This document shows positions 1 through 9,329 of a stretch of DNA of 64,000 nt, one piece after another. Position numbers and translations under genes: made by a program. Numbering within the stretch: position 1 is the stretch's first letter; each line of letters starts with the position of its first letter. Origin of the DNA: an uncultured Christensenella sp. (GTDB lineage Bacteria > Bacillota > Clostridia > Christensenellales > Borkfalkiaceae); NCBI GenBank assembly GCA_910579585.1, contig CAJTVA010000004.1, forward strand, positions 2,330-66,329, given 5' to 3'. The notes below the pieces were generated by a model. That model searched no databases and was not told where the DNA came from. It saw only the letters and a program-made list of their open reading frames with translations.

Positions 1-404
1 CGCAAATCGGTAGTAACCTTATAATTTACCGCCCTGCCGTTGGAAAGCTCGGTAATTCTGTCCATAAGCGTTTCCGCCTTGACAGGCTTTGCAAGGTAAT
101 ACACCGCGCCGTGCTCGATAGCTTGGTCTACGATTTTATCATCTACAAAGCCGCCGACGGCAATAGTCAGGCAATCGGGCGCATTCTCTTTGATAAAATC
201 GAGAACGCCGAACCCGTCGAGTCCCGTTAAAACCAAATCGACGATAGCAACCGTCGGGTTTTGGCTTTTAACAATCTCCGTCGCCGTATTGCCGTTGGAA
301 GACGTTGCGCAAACCGAAAACCCCTCCACCGCATTTATGTACGACGTGAGTTCCTGTACAAATTCGTCGTTGTTAGAAAATATAGCAATTTTTTCTGTTT
401 TCAT
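1..404 (-). CDS. Response regulator receiver domain protein, N-terminal 134 aa only (gene runs off the left edge). The receiver is Spo0A-like.
   Basis: Absent from the ORF track because the window edge truncates it. Reverse translation from the ATG at 402-404 gives MKTEKIAIFSNNDEFVQELTSYINAVEGFSVCATSSNGNTATEIVKSQNPTVAIVDLVLTGLDGFGVLDFIKEN...VYYLAKPV. This fits the CheY-like pattern: acceptor Asp in IVDLVL, an LDG turn, and the conserved Lys in AKP. A GGAG SD sits 9 nt upstream. Confidence 0.7.
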   Translation of the reverse strand, partial: MKTEKIAIFSNNDEFVQELTSYINAVEGFSVCATSSNGNTATEIVKSQNPTVAIVDLVLTGLDGFGVLDFIKENAPDCLTIAVGGFVDDKIVDQAIEHGAVYYLAKPVKAETLMDRITELSNGRAVNYKVTTDL

Positions 405-410
405 AATAAA

Positions 411-440
411 TTTCTCCACTCGTTTTGTCCTGTGGAGAAA
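411..440 (-). promoter_or_regulatory. Perfect 9-bp inverted repeat TTTCTCCAC-N12-GTGGAGAAA covering the SD of the response-regulator gene
   Basis: Read directly: 411-419 is the reverse complement of 432-440. The GGAG SD lies in the arm next to the start codon. A TATAAT hexamer (minus strand, 440-445) abuts the repeat. Confidence 0.5.
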
Positions 441-554
441 TTATATTACACAATTTCGGGTTTGTAAAGTAATTTTGTAAAAAAATGAAGAATTTTTTAC
501 GAAAATATTGTAATTTTGTAAAAAATTATGTCGAATTTGGTCGACGACAATATT

Positions 555-2132
555 TTACTGTGTTATGATGTCCAAATATTCGTCATAATTGACGCATTTG
601 TCAAAATTTTTCGAACCGTTGATTTCGATAATTCTGTTTGCGACGGTATTCATAAGCTCTTGGTCGTGCGAGGTGAACAGCATACAGCCCTTGAAATTCT
701 TCATTCCGTTGTTCAAGGCGGTTATACTCTCTAAGTCGAGGTGGTTGGTAGGCTCGTCCATAATAAGGAAGTTGCCGCCTTCAAGCATCATTTTCGCAAG
801 CATACAGCGGACCTTTTCGCCACCCGAAAGAACTTTTGCTTCTTTGAGCGCTTCTTCGCCCGAAAACAGCATTCTGCCAAGCCAGCCGCGGAGGTATTCC
901 TCGTAATGGTCTTTCGAGTACTGGCTGAGCCACTGCACAAGGTTAAGGTTACAGCCCTGAAAGTATTCGTTGTTGTTTTCGGGGAAGTACGAAACCGAAA
1001 TAGTCTTACCCCAGCGCACAGTGCCGCTATCGGGCTGGACTTTGCCCGTCAAAATGTCGTAAAGCATAGAAACCGTAGTCGATTTGTCGCTTACGATTCC
1101 GATTTTTTCGTCCTTTTGAACCGTGAACGAAACGTTCTCGAAGTAGCCCTTTTTCGTCAGCCCCTCCACCATTAAAATGTCGTTGCCGATATCCTTTTCG
1201 TACTTGAAGTCGATAAACGGGTATTTTCTTAAAGAGGGCTTGAAGTCTGCGATTGTCAGTTTTTCAAGCTCTTTTTTCCTTGAAGTTGCCTGGCGGGACT
1301 TGGAAGCGTTTGCCGCAAACCGAGCGATGAAGTCCTGCAACTCTTTTGCGCGCTGTTCGTTCTTTTTGTTCTGGTCGCGCTGTTGGCGGGCAAGAAGCTG
1401 GCTGGTTTCGTACCAGAAGTCGTAGTTGCCGAGCATCATATTTATTTTGCCGTAGTCGACGTCGCAGATGTGCGTGCAGACTTTGTTCAGAAAGTGCCTG
1501 TTGTGGGAAACGATAATTATAGTGTTCTCGAAGTCCATAAGGTAGTTTTCGAGCCAGCGCACCGTTTTTATATCCAGGTTGTTCGTAGGCTCGTCCAAAA
1601 GAAGCACGTCGGGGTTGCCGAAAAGCGCCTGTGCAAGCAGGACTTTGATTTTCAGCTTTGCGTCGAGGTCGGCCATTAAAGTTTCGTGGTGCTCTTCGGG
1701 TATGTCGAGTGCGTTTAAAAGGGTCTGCGCCTCGTACTCCGCTTCCCAGCCGCCAAGCTCGGCGAACTCGCTTTCAAGCTCGCTTGCGCGCACGCCGTCG
1801 GCTTCGGTGAAGTCGGCTTTTGCGTAAAGCGCGTCTTTTTCATCCATTATATCGACCAGGCGCCTGTGCCCGAGCATAACCGCGCGCAGGACGGTAACAT
1901 TGTCGAAAGCGTTCTGATTCTGTTGAAGAACGGACATTCTCTCGGTTTTATCGAGCGTTACGTCGCCTTTGTTGGGCTCGACCTCGCCGCTTAAAACTTT
2001 TAAAAAGGTTGACTTGCCCGCGCCGTTAGCGCCGATTATACCGTAGCAGTTGCCTTTCGTGAACTTTAAGTTTACGTCCTCGAAAAGCTTTTTACTGCCG
2101 TATTGAAGTGAAACGTTATTGACTTGTAACAT
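555..2132 (-). CDS. ABC-F family ATPase (YbiT-like, two NBDs, no TM domain) with a degenerate second ATP site
   Basis: 525 aa. NBD1 has Walker A GANGAGKST and Walker B LLLDEPTNNLD. The interdomain linker is QRAKELQDFIARFAANASKSRQATSRKKELEKL. NBD2 has signature LSGGEKVR and Walker B FLIMDEPTNHLD. The NBD2 Walker A position reads GIVSDKSTTVS and the NBD1 signature position reads DLDAKLKIK. SD GGGAG lies upstream. Confidence 0.9.
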   Translation of the reverse strand: MLQVNNVSLQYGSKKLFEDVNLKFTKGNCYGIIGANGAGKSTFLKVLSGEVEPNKGDVTLDKTERMSVLQQNQNAFDNVTVLRAVMLGHRRLVDIMDEKDALYAKADFTEADGVRASELESEFAELGGWEAEYEAQTLLNALDIPEEHHETLMADLDAKLKIKVLLAQALFGNPDVLLLDEPTNNLDIKTVRWLENYLMDFENTIIIVSHNRHFLNKVCTHICDVDYGKINMMLGNYDFWYETSQLLARQQRDQNKKNEQRAKELQDFIARFAANASKSRQATSRKKELEKLTIADFKPSLRKYPFIDFKYEKDIGNDILMVEGLTKKGYFENVSFTVQKDEKIGIVSDKSTTVSMLYDILTGKVQPDSGTVRWGKTISVSYFPENNNEYFQGCNLNLVQWLSQYSKDHYEEYLRGWLGRMLFSGEEALKEAKVLSGGEKVRCMLAKMMLEGGNFLIMDEPTNHLDLESITALNNGMKNFKGCMLFTSHDQELMNTVANRIIEINGSKNFDKCVNYDEYLDIITQ

Positions 2133-2141
2133 AAAATCTCC

Positions 2142-3899
2142 CTAAATTGCAAATTGACTGTTGTAAAGTTTGGCGTAGAAGCCGTTTTTAGCAAGTAGCT
2201 CCGCATGGGTGCCCTGTTCTATGATGTTGCCGCTGTTCATTACGAGAATGAGGTCGGCTTCCTTAACCGTCGAAAGCCTGTGCGCGACGATAAAGCTTGT
2301 TCTGCCGTCCATAAGGCGGGCGAAAGCTTCCTGAATTTTCTGTTCGGTGCGGGTATCGATTGACGAGGTTGCTTCATCCAAGATGAGCATCGGCGGCAGA
2401 CAAAGCATAATTCTCGATATGCAAAGAAGCTGTTTCTGACCCTGCGAAAGATTGCCGCCATCCTCTGCCAAAACCGTGTCGTAGCCTTGCGGCATCTGCA
2501 TAATGAAGTTATGCGCGTGCGCGGCTTTGGCGGCGGTTTCCACCTCTTCACGCGTGGCGCCCGCCTTGCCCATAGCTATATTTTCAAACACCGTACCGCT
2601 TTTAAGCCAGGTGTCCTGCAAAACCATTCCGTAGTTTTTGCGAAGCGACTTCCGCGTTACGTTTAAAATATCCTTGCCGTCAACCGAAATTTCGCCGCCG
2701 TCGGGATCGTAAAAGCGCATTAAAAGGTTTATAAGCGTCGTTTTGCCGCAACCCGTGGGACCGACGATAGCAATTCTCTGCCCCGCCTTTGCGCTGATAT
2801 TCAGCCCCTCGATAAGTTTTTTGTCCTTTACGTAGGAAAAAGATACGTCTTTGAATTCAATATCGCCTTTAACGTTTTCAAGCACCGCGGCGTTCTCCGC
2901 GTCGGGGGTTTGGGGCGTTTCGTCAATAATTTCGTAAATTCTGCCCGCGCACGCAACCGCGTTCTGAAGTTCGGTGACAACCCCCGAAATCTCGTTGAAC
3001 GGCTTGGTGTACTGGTTGGCGTACGACAAAAGGTTCGAAAGCTTGCCGACCGTGAAAACGATTGGCAACGGCACGGCACATATAAGCATAAGCGCGCCCG
3101 CAAGCGCAACCGCCGCATAAACCAGCGCGTTGACGAACCGAGTCGACGGATTGGTCAGCGACGAATAGAAAATCGATTTTAAAGAAGCTTTTGTAAGCCT
3201 GTCGTTAATTTCGTCGAAATTTTCGAGGTTTTCGTCCTCGCGGTTGAACGCTTTGACGACTTTGAGGTTCCCTATCATTTCGTCGATAAACGCGGTCTGC
3301 TCGCCGCGGATTTCCGAAGTCTTTTTAAACAGAAAATACGTGCGCGATGCGATGAACTTCGCAACAAACAGCGACAACGGCGTCAAAACGAAAACGATTA
3401 GCGCGATTATCCAGTTCATTGCGAACATTACGCCCAGAACTCCGATGATTGTCAGAACGCCCGTAAAAAGCTGTGTGAAGCCCATCAAAAGTCCGTCCGC
3501 AAATGCGTCCACGTCGGCAATTGCGCGCCCGACTATGTCGCCGTAAGAGTGCGCGTCGATAAACTTCAAAGGCAGTTTTTGCAGATTTTTGAAGGCGCTT
3601 TCGCGAATATCCTTAACCACGCGGTAGGTTATGCGGTTGTTGATAATGTTCATAAGCCACTGCGCAAGGCAGGTTATCGCGACGGTGACGCCGATTGCGA
3701 TAAATTTTTCGAATACCTTTTCAAGCGCGACTTCGCCGCCGACGAAAAGGTCGATTATCTGCCCGACGAATACGGGCGCCAGCAAGTTGCCCGCAACCGA
3801 TACAAGCGCGAAAAACACGGTTGCCGCAACCCAGAATTTGTAGGGTTTAAGTTGTTTTAATATGCGTTTGAAAACGCCTTTGCGGGAGGGTTTAGCCAT
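2142..3899 (-). CDS. ABC exporter permease/ATPase fusion, the canonical-site subunit of a heterodimeric multidrug-type exporter
   Basis: 585 aa with six N-terminal TM helices followed by an NBD. Walker A is GPTGCGKTT, Walker B is MLILDEATSSID (catalytic Glu present) and the H-loop is VAHRLST. The signature is non-canonical (LSQGQKQ). The gene abuts the upstream partner, whose stop is at 3900. Confidence 0.9.
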   Translation of the reverse strand: MAKPSRKGVFKRILKQLKPYKFWVAATVFFALVSVAGNLLAPVFVGQIIDLFVGGEVALEKVFEKFIAIGVTVAITCLAQWLMNIINNRITYRVVKDIRESAFKNLQKLPLKFIDAHSYGDIVGRAIADVDAFADGLLMGFTQLFTGVLTIIGVLGVMFAMNWIIALIVFVLTPLSLFVAKFIASRTYFLFKKTSEIRGEQTAFIDEMIGNLKVVKAFNREDENLENFDEINDRLTKASLKSIFYSSLTNPSTRFVNALVYAAVALAGALMLICAVPLPIVFTVGKLSNLLSYANQYTKPFNEISGVVTELQNAVACAGRIYEIIDETPQTPDAENAAVLENVKGDIEFKDVSFSYVKDKKLIEGLNISAKAGQRIAIVGPTGCGKTTLINLLMRFYDPDGGEISVDGKDILNVTRKSLRKNYGMVLQDTWLKSGTVFENIAMGKAGATREEVETAAKAAHAHNFIMQMPQGYDTVLAEDGGNLSQGQKQLLCISRIMLCLPPMLILDEATSSIDTRTEQKIQEAFARLMDGRTSFIVAHRLSTVKEADLILVMNSGNIIEQGTHAELLAKNGFYAKLYNSQFAI

Positions 3900-5636
3900 T
3901 TACGCACCCTCCTTTTCAAACTGCGAAAAGTGAATTTCGCGGTAAATATCGCAGGTTTTTAAAAGCTCGTCGTGCGTGCCGAGCCCCACCGCCCTGCCGC
4001 CGTCGAGAACGATAATTTTGTCAGCGTGCATAATAGACGAAGTGCGTTGCGAAACAATGAACACCGTGGGGTCGTATGGTAAGCCCTTTAAAGACTTTCT
4101 TAAATTCGCGTCGGTTGCGTAGTCCAAAGCCGAAGCGCTGTCGTCCAAAATGAGAATTTCGGGCTTTTTAACGAGTGCGCGGGCAATCGTCAACCTCTGC
4201 CGCTGTCCGCCCGAGAAGTTCTTGCCGCCTTGTTCGACTTTTTCGTCAAGCCCGCCGTCCTTCGCCTTTATCACGTCAAGCGCCTGCGCAGTTTCTATCG
4301 CCGACATAATCTCTTCATCGGTGGCACTCTCCGCGCCCCACTGCATATTTTTGCGCACCGTTCCCTCAAAAAGAACGGCGCGTTGCGGCACGATTCCGCA
4401 CTTGTCGCGCAGAATTTCGTCGCCGATTGCGTTGACGTTCACCCCATCGATTAAAACTTCACCCGTCACCGCGTCGTAAAAGTGCGGCAGTAAATTCACA
4501 AGCGAAGTCTTGCCCGAACCCGTGCCGCCGATAATTCCGACGGTCTGACCGCGCTCGACGGTGAAGCTGATGTTTTCCAATGCGTTTATTGCGGCATTGC
4601 CGTAATTCAATGCTACGTTTTTAAACTCTATGAAGTGCCCGTCCGAAACCTCTTCCACCGCGCTGTCCGCGCCATATATAAGTGACGGCTGCATTTCTAA
4701 AATCTCGTTTATACGCCCCGCGCAAGCAAAGGACTTTGTGACGGTAATAATAAGGTTTGCAAGCTTGATTAGCTCTATTAAAATCTGGGACATATAGTTG
4801 TAAAGCGCCACAACCTGTCCCCTGTCAAGCGCCCCCGCATTGAACTTTATCGCGCCGACGTACATAAGCGCGATAATAGCCGCGTTAATAACTGCGTAAG
4901 TCAAAGGGTTCATTAAAGCAGAGATTTTACCGACGAAAAGCTGGGACTTCGTCAACTCTGCGTTCTTTTTGTTATAGGACGCGACCTCGTCCTCTTCCTT
5001 GCAAAAAGCGCGTAAGACCCTAGCGCCCGTCAGGGTTTCACGCGTGGAAGTCGTAACTTCGTCAAGATTGCTCTGAACTTTTTTGTACAGCGGAATACTT
5101 ACAAGCATTATTCCGAACACGACGGCGCAAAGAACCGCGATAGTAATTGCAAATACTCCGCCTGCAAGCGTGCTTATCGTAAAGGCCATTATCATTGCGC
5201 CGAAAACTATAAACGGCGAGCGCATAAACAGCCTTAAAACAAGGTTCACTCCCGACTGTATCTGATTTACGTCGCTGGTCATACGGGTAATCATTCTGCC
5301 CGTGCCGAGTTTGTCTATCTGGGAATAAGAAAGCGACTGCATTTTGCCGAAAAGGTCGTGGCGAAGTTCCTTTGAAAACCCTACCGCCGCTTTTGCCGCA
5401 AAATACTGCGCGGCAACCGCACTTATAAGCCCGACCACGCCCAGAGCAACAAGAATAAGGCAGGCGTAAATTACGTAAGAAACACTGCCGTTACCCGCGT
5501 CAATCTCGTTAATAATCGCCGAAACTACGAGCGGAACAAACAGCTCGAACGCAGCTTCCAAAAGCTTGAAAAGGGGTGCGAGTACCGCCTGTGCTTTATA
5601 ATGTCGAAGATATTTTAAAAGCTTCTTCATATCCAA
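3900..5636 (-). CDS. ABC exporter permease/ATPase fusion, the degenerate-site subunit of the heterodimeric exporter
   Basis: 578 aa. Walker A is GGTGSGKTS and the signature is FSGGQRQR. Walker B is LILDDSASALD (Asp replaces the catalytic Glu) and the H-loop position is VSQRTSS (Gln replaces His). This is the classic asymmetric pattern seen in TM287/288 and LmrCD-type pairs. Confidence 0.9.
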   Translation of the reverse strand: MDMKKLLKYLRHYKAQAVLAPLFKLLEAAFELFVPLVVSAIINEIDAGNGSVSYVIYACLILVALGVVGLISAVAAQYFAAKAAVGFSKELRHDLFGKMQSLSYSQIDKLGTGRMITRMTSDVNQIQSGVNLVLRLFMRSPFIVFGAMIMAFTISTLAGGVFAITIAVLCAVVFGIMLVSIPLYKKVQSNLDEVTTSTRETLTGARVLRAFCKEEDEVASYNKKNAELTKSQLFVGKISALMNPLTYAVINAAIIALMYVGAIKFNAGALDRGQVVALYNYMSQILIELIKLANLIITVTKSFACAGRINEILEMQPSLIYGADSAVEEVSDGHFIEFKNVALNYGNAAINALENISFTVERGQTVGIIGGTGSGKTSLVNLLPHFYDAVTGEVLIDGVNVNAIGDEILRDKCGIVPQRAVLFEGTVRKNMQWGAESATDEEIMSAIETAQALDVIKAKDGGLDEKVEQGGKNFSGGQRQRLTIARALVKKPEILILDDSASALDYATDANLRKSLKGLPYDPTVFIVSQRTSSIMHADKIIVLDGGRAVGLGTHDELLKTCDIYREIHFSQFEKEGA

Positions 5637-5710
5637 TCCGAATTATACCAAATACGGAAATAAAAAGCAAATCTATTGCAATTGTTTGCGCAATTTGATA
5701 AACTTTGATT

Positions 5711-6874
5711 ATGGCTTACAAAGTTTATCTTAAAAAAGGCGAAGAAAAACGTATCGTCGCGGGGCACAGCTGGGTTTACGCCAACGAAGTCGCGAAAATC
5801 GACGGCAAGGACAAGAACGGCTCGCTTGCCGAGGTCTACTCCTTTGACGGCAGATTTATCGGCAAGGGGTATATCAACCACGCTTCCAAAATTCTGGTGC
5901 GGGTGTTTATCCGCGGTAACGAAACCGACGACGAAGAATATTATCTGAACGCGATAAAAACCGCAAACGACTACCGCAAAAGACTCGGCTATGAAAACTG
6001 CTACCGTGCCGTGTTTGCGGAAGCCGACAACCTGCCCGCGCTGATAGTCGATAAATACGGCGATTATCTTGCCGTGCAGTGCCTTTCCCTTGGTATAGAT
6101 TTGCGTAAAGAGATTATTTGCAAATGCCTTGTAAAGCTGTTTTCGCCCAAAGGAATTTTCGAAAGAAGCGACGTTGCCGTAAGAAAAAAAGAGGGCTTGC
6201 CCGAAATGAAGCAAGTTTTATACGGCGAAGTGCCCGACTACGTCGAAATTGTCGAAAACGGATTGAAGATGCTTGTAGACATTAAAAACGGACAGAAAAC
6301 AGGGTATTTCCTTGACCAGAAAGAAAACCGCTTTACTGTAAGGAAGTACTGTCGCGGAGAAGTTTTGGACTGCTTTTGCAACAGCGGCGGTTTTTCGTTG
6401 AACGCATCCACCGTTGCTGACAAAGTTTTGGCTTGCGATATATCCGAACTTGCGCTTAAAAACGTGCGCGATAACGCAAGGCTTAACGGCGTAAAAAATA
6501 TAGAAACCTTATGCGGCGACGTTTTCGAGGTTTTAAGAACGTTCAGAAAAGACAAACGACTATTCGATACCGTAATTTTGGACCCTCCCGCCTTTTGCAA
6601 AACTGCAGACGAAGTGAAAGACGCTTACCGCGGCTACAAGGATATTAACCTCACAGCAATGAAGATTGTAAAAAGCGGCGGTTTCCTGATTACCTGCTCC
6701 TGCTCACACTATATGACAACAACTTTGTTTGATAAGATGTTGATTGGAGCCGCCAAAGAAAGCGGTAGAACAGTGCGCTATGTTGAAATAAAAACGCAAG
6801 CACCCGACCACCCCGCGCTACTGTCCGCGGAAGAAACGCATTATCTGAAATTTATAGTATTACAAGTCGTATAA
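5711..6874 (+). CDS. Class I SAM-dependent rRNA (cytosine-C5) methyltransferase, RlmI/YwbD family (PUA-like N-terminus plus MTase)
   Basis: The N-terminus KVYLKKGEEKRIVAGHSWVYANEV is typical of RlmI. The SAM-binding region is VLDCFCNSGGFSL...ILDPPAF. The track start at 5705 is a TTG, and the first ATG is at 5711. Confidence 0.85.
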   Translation: MAYKVYLKKGEEKRIVAGHSWVYANEVAKIDGKDKNGSLAEVYSFDGRFIGKGYINHASKILVRVFIRGNETDDEEYYLNAIKTANDYRKRLGYENCYRAVFAEADNLPALIVDKYGDYLAVQCLSLGIDLRKEIICKCLVKLFSPKGIFERSDVAVRKKEGLPEMKQVLYGEVPDYVEIVENGLKMLVDIKNGQKTGYFLDQKENRFTVRKYCRGEVLDCFCNSGGFSLNASTVADKVLACDISELALKNVRDNARLNGVKNIETLCGDVFEVLRTFRKDKRLFDTVILDPPAFCKTADEVKDAYRGYKDINLTAMKIVKSGGFLITCSCSHYMTTTLFDKMLIGAAKESGRTVRYVEIKTQAPDHPALLSAEETHYLKFIVLQVV

Positions 6875-6876
6875 AA

Positions 6877-6900
6877 AAGGCGCACCATACGGCGCGCCTT
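6877..6900. terminator. Bidirectional hairpin terminator between the convergent methyltransferase and aminopeptidase genes
   Basis: AAGGCGC-N10-GCGCCTT, with an A-run on one side and a T-rich tract on the other. Confidence 0.7.
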
Positions 6901-6916
6901 TAATAAATTTATCCGA

Positions 6917-8143
6917 TTAAATTGCCCAGTTGCCGTCTTTAAAGACCTGCACCCGCTTACCGTCCTTGGTCACGCCGACAATCGACATATCCGCGTTGCC
7001 AATCATAAAGTCAACGTGTATCATCGAGCTGTTGACGCCCAATCTTTCACATTCTTCGACGGTATACTTTTCGTAGTTTTCAAGGCAGTTGTTGAAGCCC
7101 CTGCCGAGTGCCAAATGACAGCTCGCGTTCTCGTCGAAAAGCGTATTGTAAAAAAGTACGCCCGTATTGTTGATGGGTGAATCGTGTGCGATAAGCGCCA
7201 CCTCACCGAGGTAAGCAGCGCCCTCGTCCATAGAAATCATTTTTTCCAGAAGGTCCTGATTTTTCTCGGCGTAAACTTCAACCGCTTTACCGTTTTCAAA
7301 GCGTACCCAGAAATTTTCAATCAGCTTGCCCTGATAAGACAAGGGCTTCGTCGCAACAACTTTCCCTTCCGCCTTGCCGCGCAAAGGTGTCGTAAAAACC
7401 TCTTCGCTCGGAATATTGGGGTTATAGTAGATATTGCTGTCAAGCGTGTACTCGCCACCGCCGAGGAAAATTCCCTTTTCGTTTAAACCGACTGTAAAAT
7501 CGGTACCGTTCGCGCTCTTGTATTCGAGGCTTGCAAACTTGTAATCGTTCAAGAATTTGCAACGCTTCGCAAGGTTTTCGTTATGCTCTTTCCAAGCCTT
7601 TATGGGGTTGTCGTCCACGCGCGAAGTGTATAAAATGGCTTCCCAAAGCTTTTCTATTGCCTTCTTGTCAGAAAGCTCGGGGAAGACTTTCTTAGCCCAC
7701 TCTTTACCGGGCACTGCGGCAATACACCACTGATACTTGTTCTCCATCGCGTCGCGATAAGGTTTAATAATCGGGTAACGCGCCATACCCGCCTTTGCTA
7801 TCTTTTCGCTGTCGGTGCCGTTCAAGCCGTCGGGGTCGTCAGATTCGAGCCAAAGCTTGCACGCAAGCGTATCCACCTTTTCCTGTAACTCCGCCTTTTC
7901 CACGTCGGTTACTTCCGAAAGGGTCGCAAGGCTTCTGTAATTGTAGTTGAGCTTTGTCACGGGCATATACGACCAATTGACTTTGACGCGCTTAGCTCCC
8001 GCTTTATAGCACTCTTCAACTACCATAGCCACAAAATCTGGCTGGTCGAGTCCGCAGTCGATGAATACAAGCTGACCCTTTTTAACGTTCAAGCCGCACT
8101 TAACTATAAGTTTTGCGTATTTTTTCAATCTCGATTTCTGCAT
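6917..8143 (-). CDS. Aminopeptidase, M29 family (AmpS/PepS type)
   Basis: 408 aa. The N-terminus RLKKYAKLIVKCGLNVKKGQLVFI and the C-terminus HLALGRGF...IHVDFMIG are characteristic of thermophilic-metalloprotease M29 aminopeptidases. SD AAGGTGG. An extended -10 (TGCTATAAT) lies upstream. Confidence 0.85.
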   Translation of the reverse strand: MQKSRLKKYAKLIVKCGLNVKKGQLVFIDCGLDQPDFVAMVVEECYKAGAKRVKVNWSYMPVTKLNYNYRSLATLSEVTDVEKAELQEKVDTLACKLWLESDDPDGLNGTDSEKIAKAGMARYPIIKPYRDAMENKYQWCIAAVPGKEWAKKVFPELSDKKAIEKLWEAILYTSRVDDNPIKAWKEHNENLAKRCKFLNDYKFASLEYKSANGTDFTVGLNEKGIFLGGGEYTLDSNIYYNPNIPSEEVFTTPLRGKAEGKVVATKPLSYQGKLIENFWVRFENGKAVEVYAEKNQDLLEKMISMDEGAAYLGEVALIAHDSPINNTGVLFYNTLFDENASCHLALGRGFNNCLENYEKYTVEECERLGVNSSMIHVDFMIGNADMSIVGVTKDGKRVQVFKDGNWAI

Positions 8144-8189
8144 AATTCCACCTTAAAATTAATTTAGGTTAATTATAGCACATTTGAAT

Positions 8190-8390
8190 TTAATTAGCAA
8201 GAACTTCCGTTTCAAAAATCAGATCCATTTCTATTATTTTTCCGCTGGGTCCTTGTACCGTTGGAATACTCCCTTTATATTCGTATCCCCTTGCGGTGTA
8301 CTCTTCTATAACCCTTCTGTGCTCCGAAAAGATTGCGTTCATTACGGGATTGTTTTTGACTTTAACGGTTACAAATTCGTATTTTTTCAT
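8190..8390 (-). CDS. Small DUF4177-like protein, last gene of the TetR/ABC-2 operon
   Basis: 66 aa, MKKYEFVTVKV...ARGYEYKGSIP...IIEMDLIFE, which fits the DUF4177 pattern. SD GGTGA. The gene lies 12 nt after the permease stop. Confidence 0.5.
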   Translation of the reverse strand: MKKYEFVTVKVKNNPVMNAIFSEHRRVIEEYTARGYEYKGSIPTVQGPSGKIIEMDLIFETEVLAN

Positions 8391-8402
8391 TATTTAATCA
8401 CC

Positions 8403-9329
8403 TTACTTCTTTTTATTTTTGATTATAACTATTGCAACGTAAGCCGCAAGCAATACCGCACAAGTTCCCAAAAGTATACCGTACATTGCGCCAAGGGGAA
8501 TTTCCGTGCCGAAAACCGTTATGTTAGCGTCAAAACCCGACTTAATACCCTCAATAACTTCGGCGGGAATGCCCTCGTCGGCAAACGCTTCAAGATAGCC
8601 GTTCATATAATGGTTGCGCATAATTCCCACGCCGTAAGTCCCGGGCAGACAGCAAAGCACATTTCGTAAGCCTTCGGAAAACTGCGAAAACGGCATATAC
8701 GCGCCGCAAATAAACCCGTACATCGATGAAACAAGGGTCGAAACAGCCGACAGCCCGCCTTGATTTTTAATAAAACTTTCAACAACGCCGGCAAGCAACG
8801 TTCCGAAAAGCGTGCAACAGAAAATATCGACGATTATCATAAATGCGTCGCCTACCGAAATATACCAACCCACGCACGCGAGATAGATATGCCCAAGCAA
8901 CATAATTACGGTAAGAACGATAAACGTTACAAAAAAGTTGGAAATAAAATAAGAGATAGAAACCGTCGTGCCCTTTACAGAGGAAACTTTAAAATCGTTC
9001 AGGCTCCCTTCCATTTTGTCCATAACCATAATGGTATTCGAGCAGAACCCGACCGTAACCGCACTTACGCTTAAGACGGAGGACATAAGCCACGCTCCGA
9101 CAACGCCGTTAATTATTCTTTCGTCGAGGGCGAACCCCTCGGGTATAGCTGAGTTGAAGCTGTCCAGATACACGTTCCGCAAGAATGTTACAAACAGTAC
9201 TAAAAGAATAAGCGGCGTTATAAGCGAAATAAAGAAAGTAAACTTATCTTTAAAATAGCACTTAGTATTGCGCGAAACCAACGAAATAAGCTTTTTACAT
9301 TCAACCGTAGCAGACATCTTACGCACCAT
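8403..9329 (-). CDS. ABC-2 type exporter permease
   Basis: 308 aa with six predicted TM segments. It overlaps the upstream ATPase gene by 11 nt. Confidence 0.8.
   Translation of the reverse strand: MVRKMSATVECKKLISLVSRNTKCYFKDKFTFFISLITPLILLVLFVTFLRNVYLDSFNSAIPEGFALDERIINGVVGAWLMSSVLSVSAVTVGFCSNTIMVMDKMEGSLNDFKVSSVKGTTVSISYFISNFFVTFIVLTVIMLLGHIYLACVGWYISVGDAFMIIVDIFCCTLFGTLLAGVVESFIKNQGGLSAVSTLVSSMYGFICGAYMPFSQFSEGLRNVLCCLPGTYGVGIMRNHYMNGYLEAFADEGIPAEVIEGIKSGFDANITVFGTEIPLGAMYGILLGTCAVLLAAYVAIVIIKNKKK

Noticed and set aside
190-480. Plus-strand ORFs 190-480 and 261-467 from the track
   Set aside because: They overlap the minus-strand receiver-domain gene (1-404). That gene has a clear CheY-like sequence and an SD, while the plus-strand translations have no recognisable features.
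5675-5693. Palindromes ATTGCAAT and TTGCGCAA in the exporter/methyltransferase divergent region, with TTGCGCAA recurring in the protease-cluster leader (34876-34883). This suggested a shared regulator site.
   Set aside because: The octamer also occurs inside coding sequence (for example 305-312). About one occurrence per 64 kb is expected by chance, so two intergenic copies are not significant.
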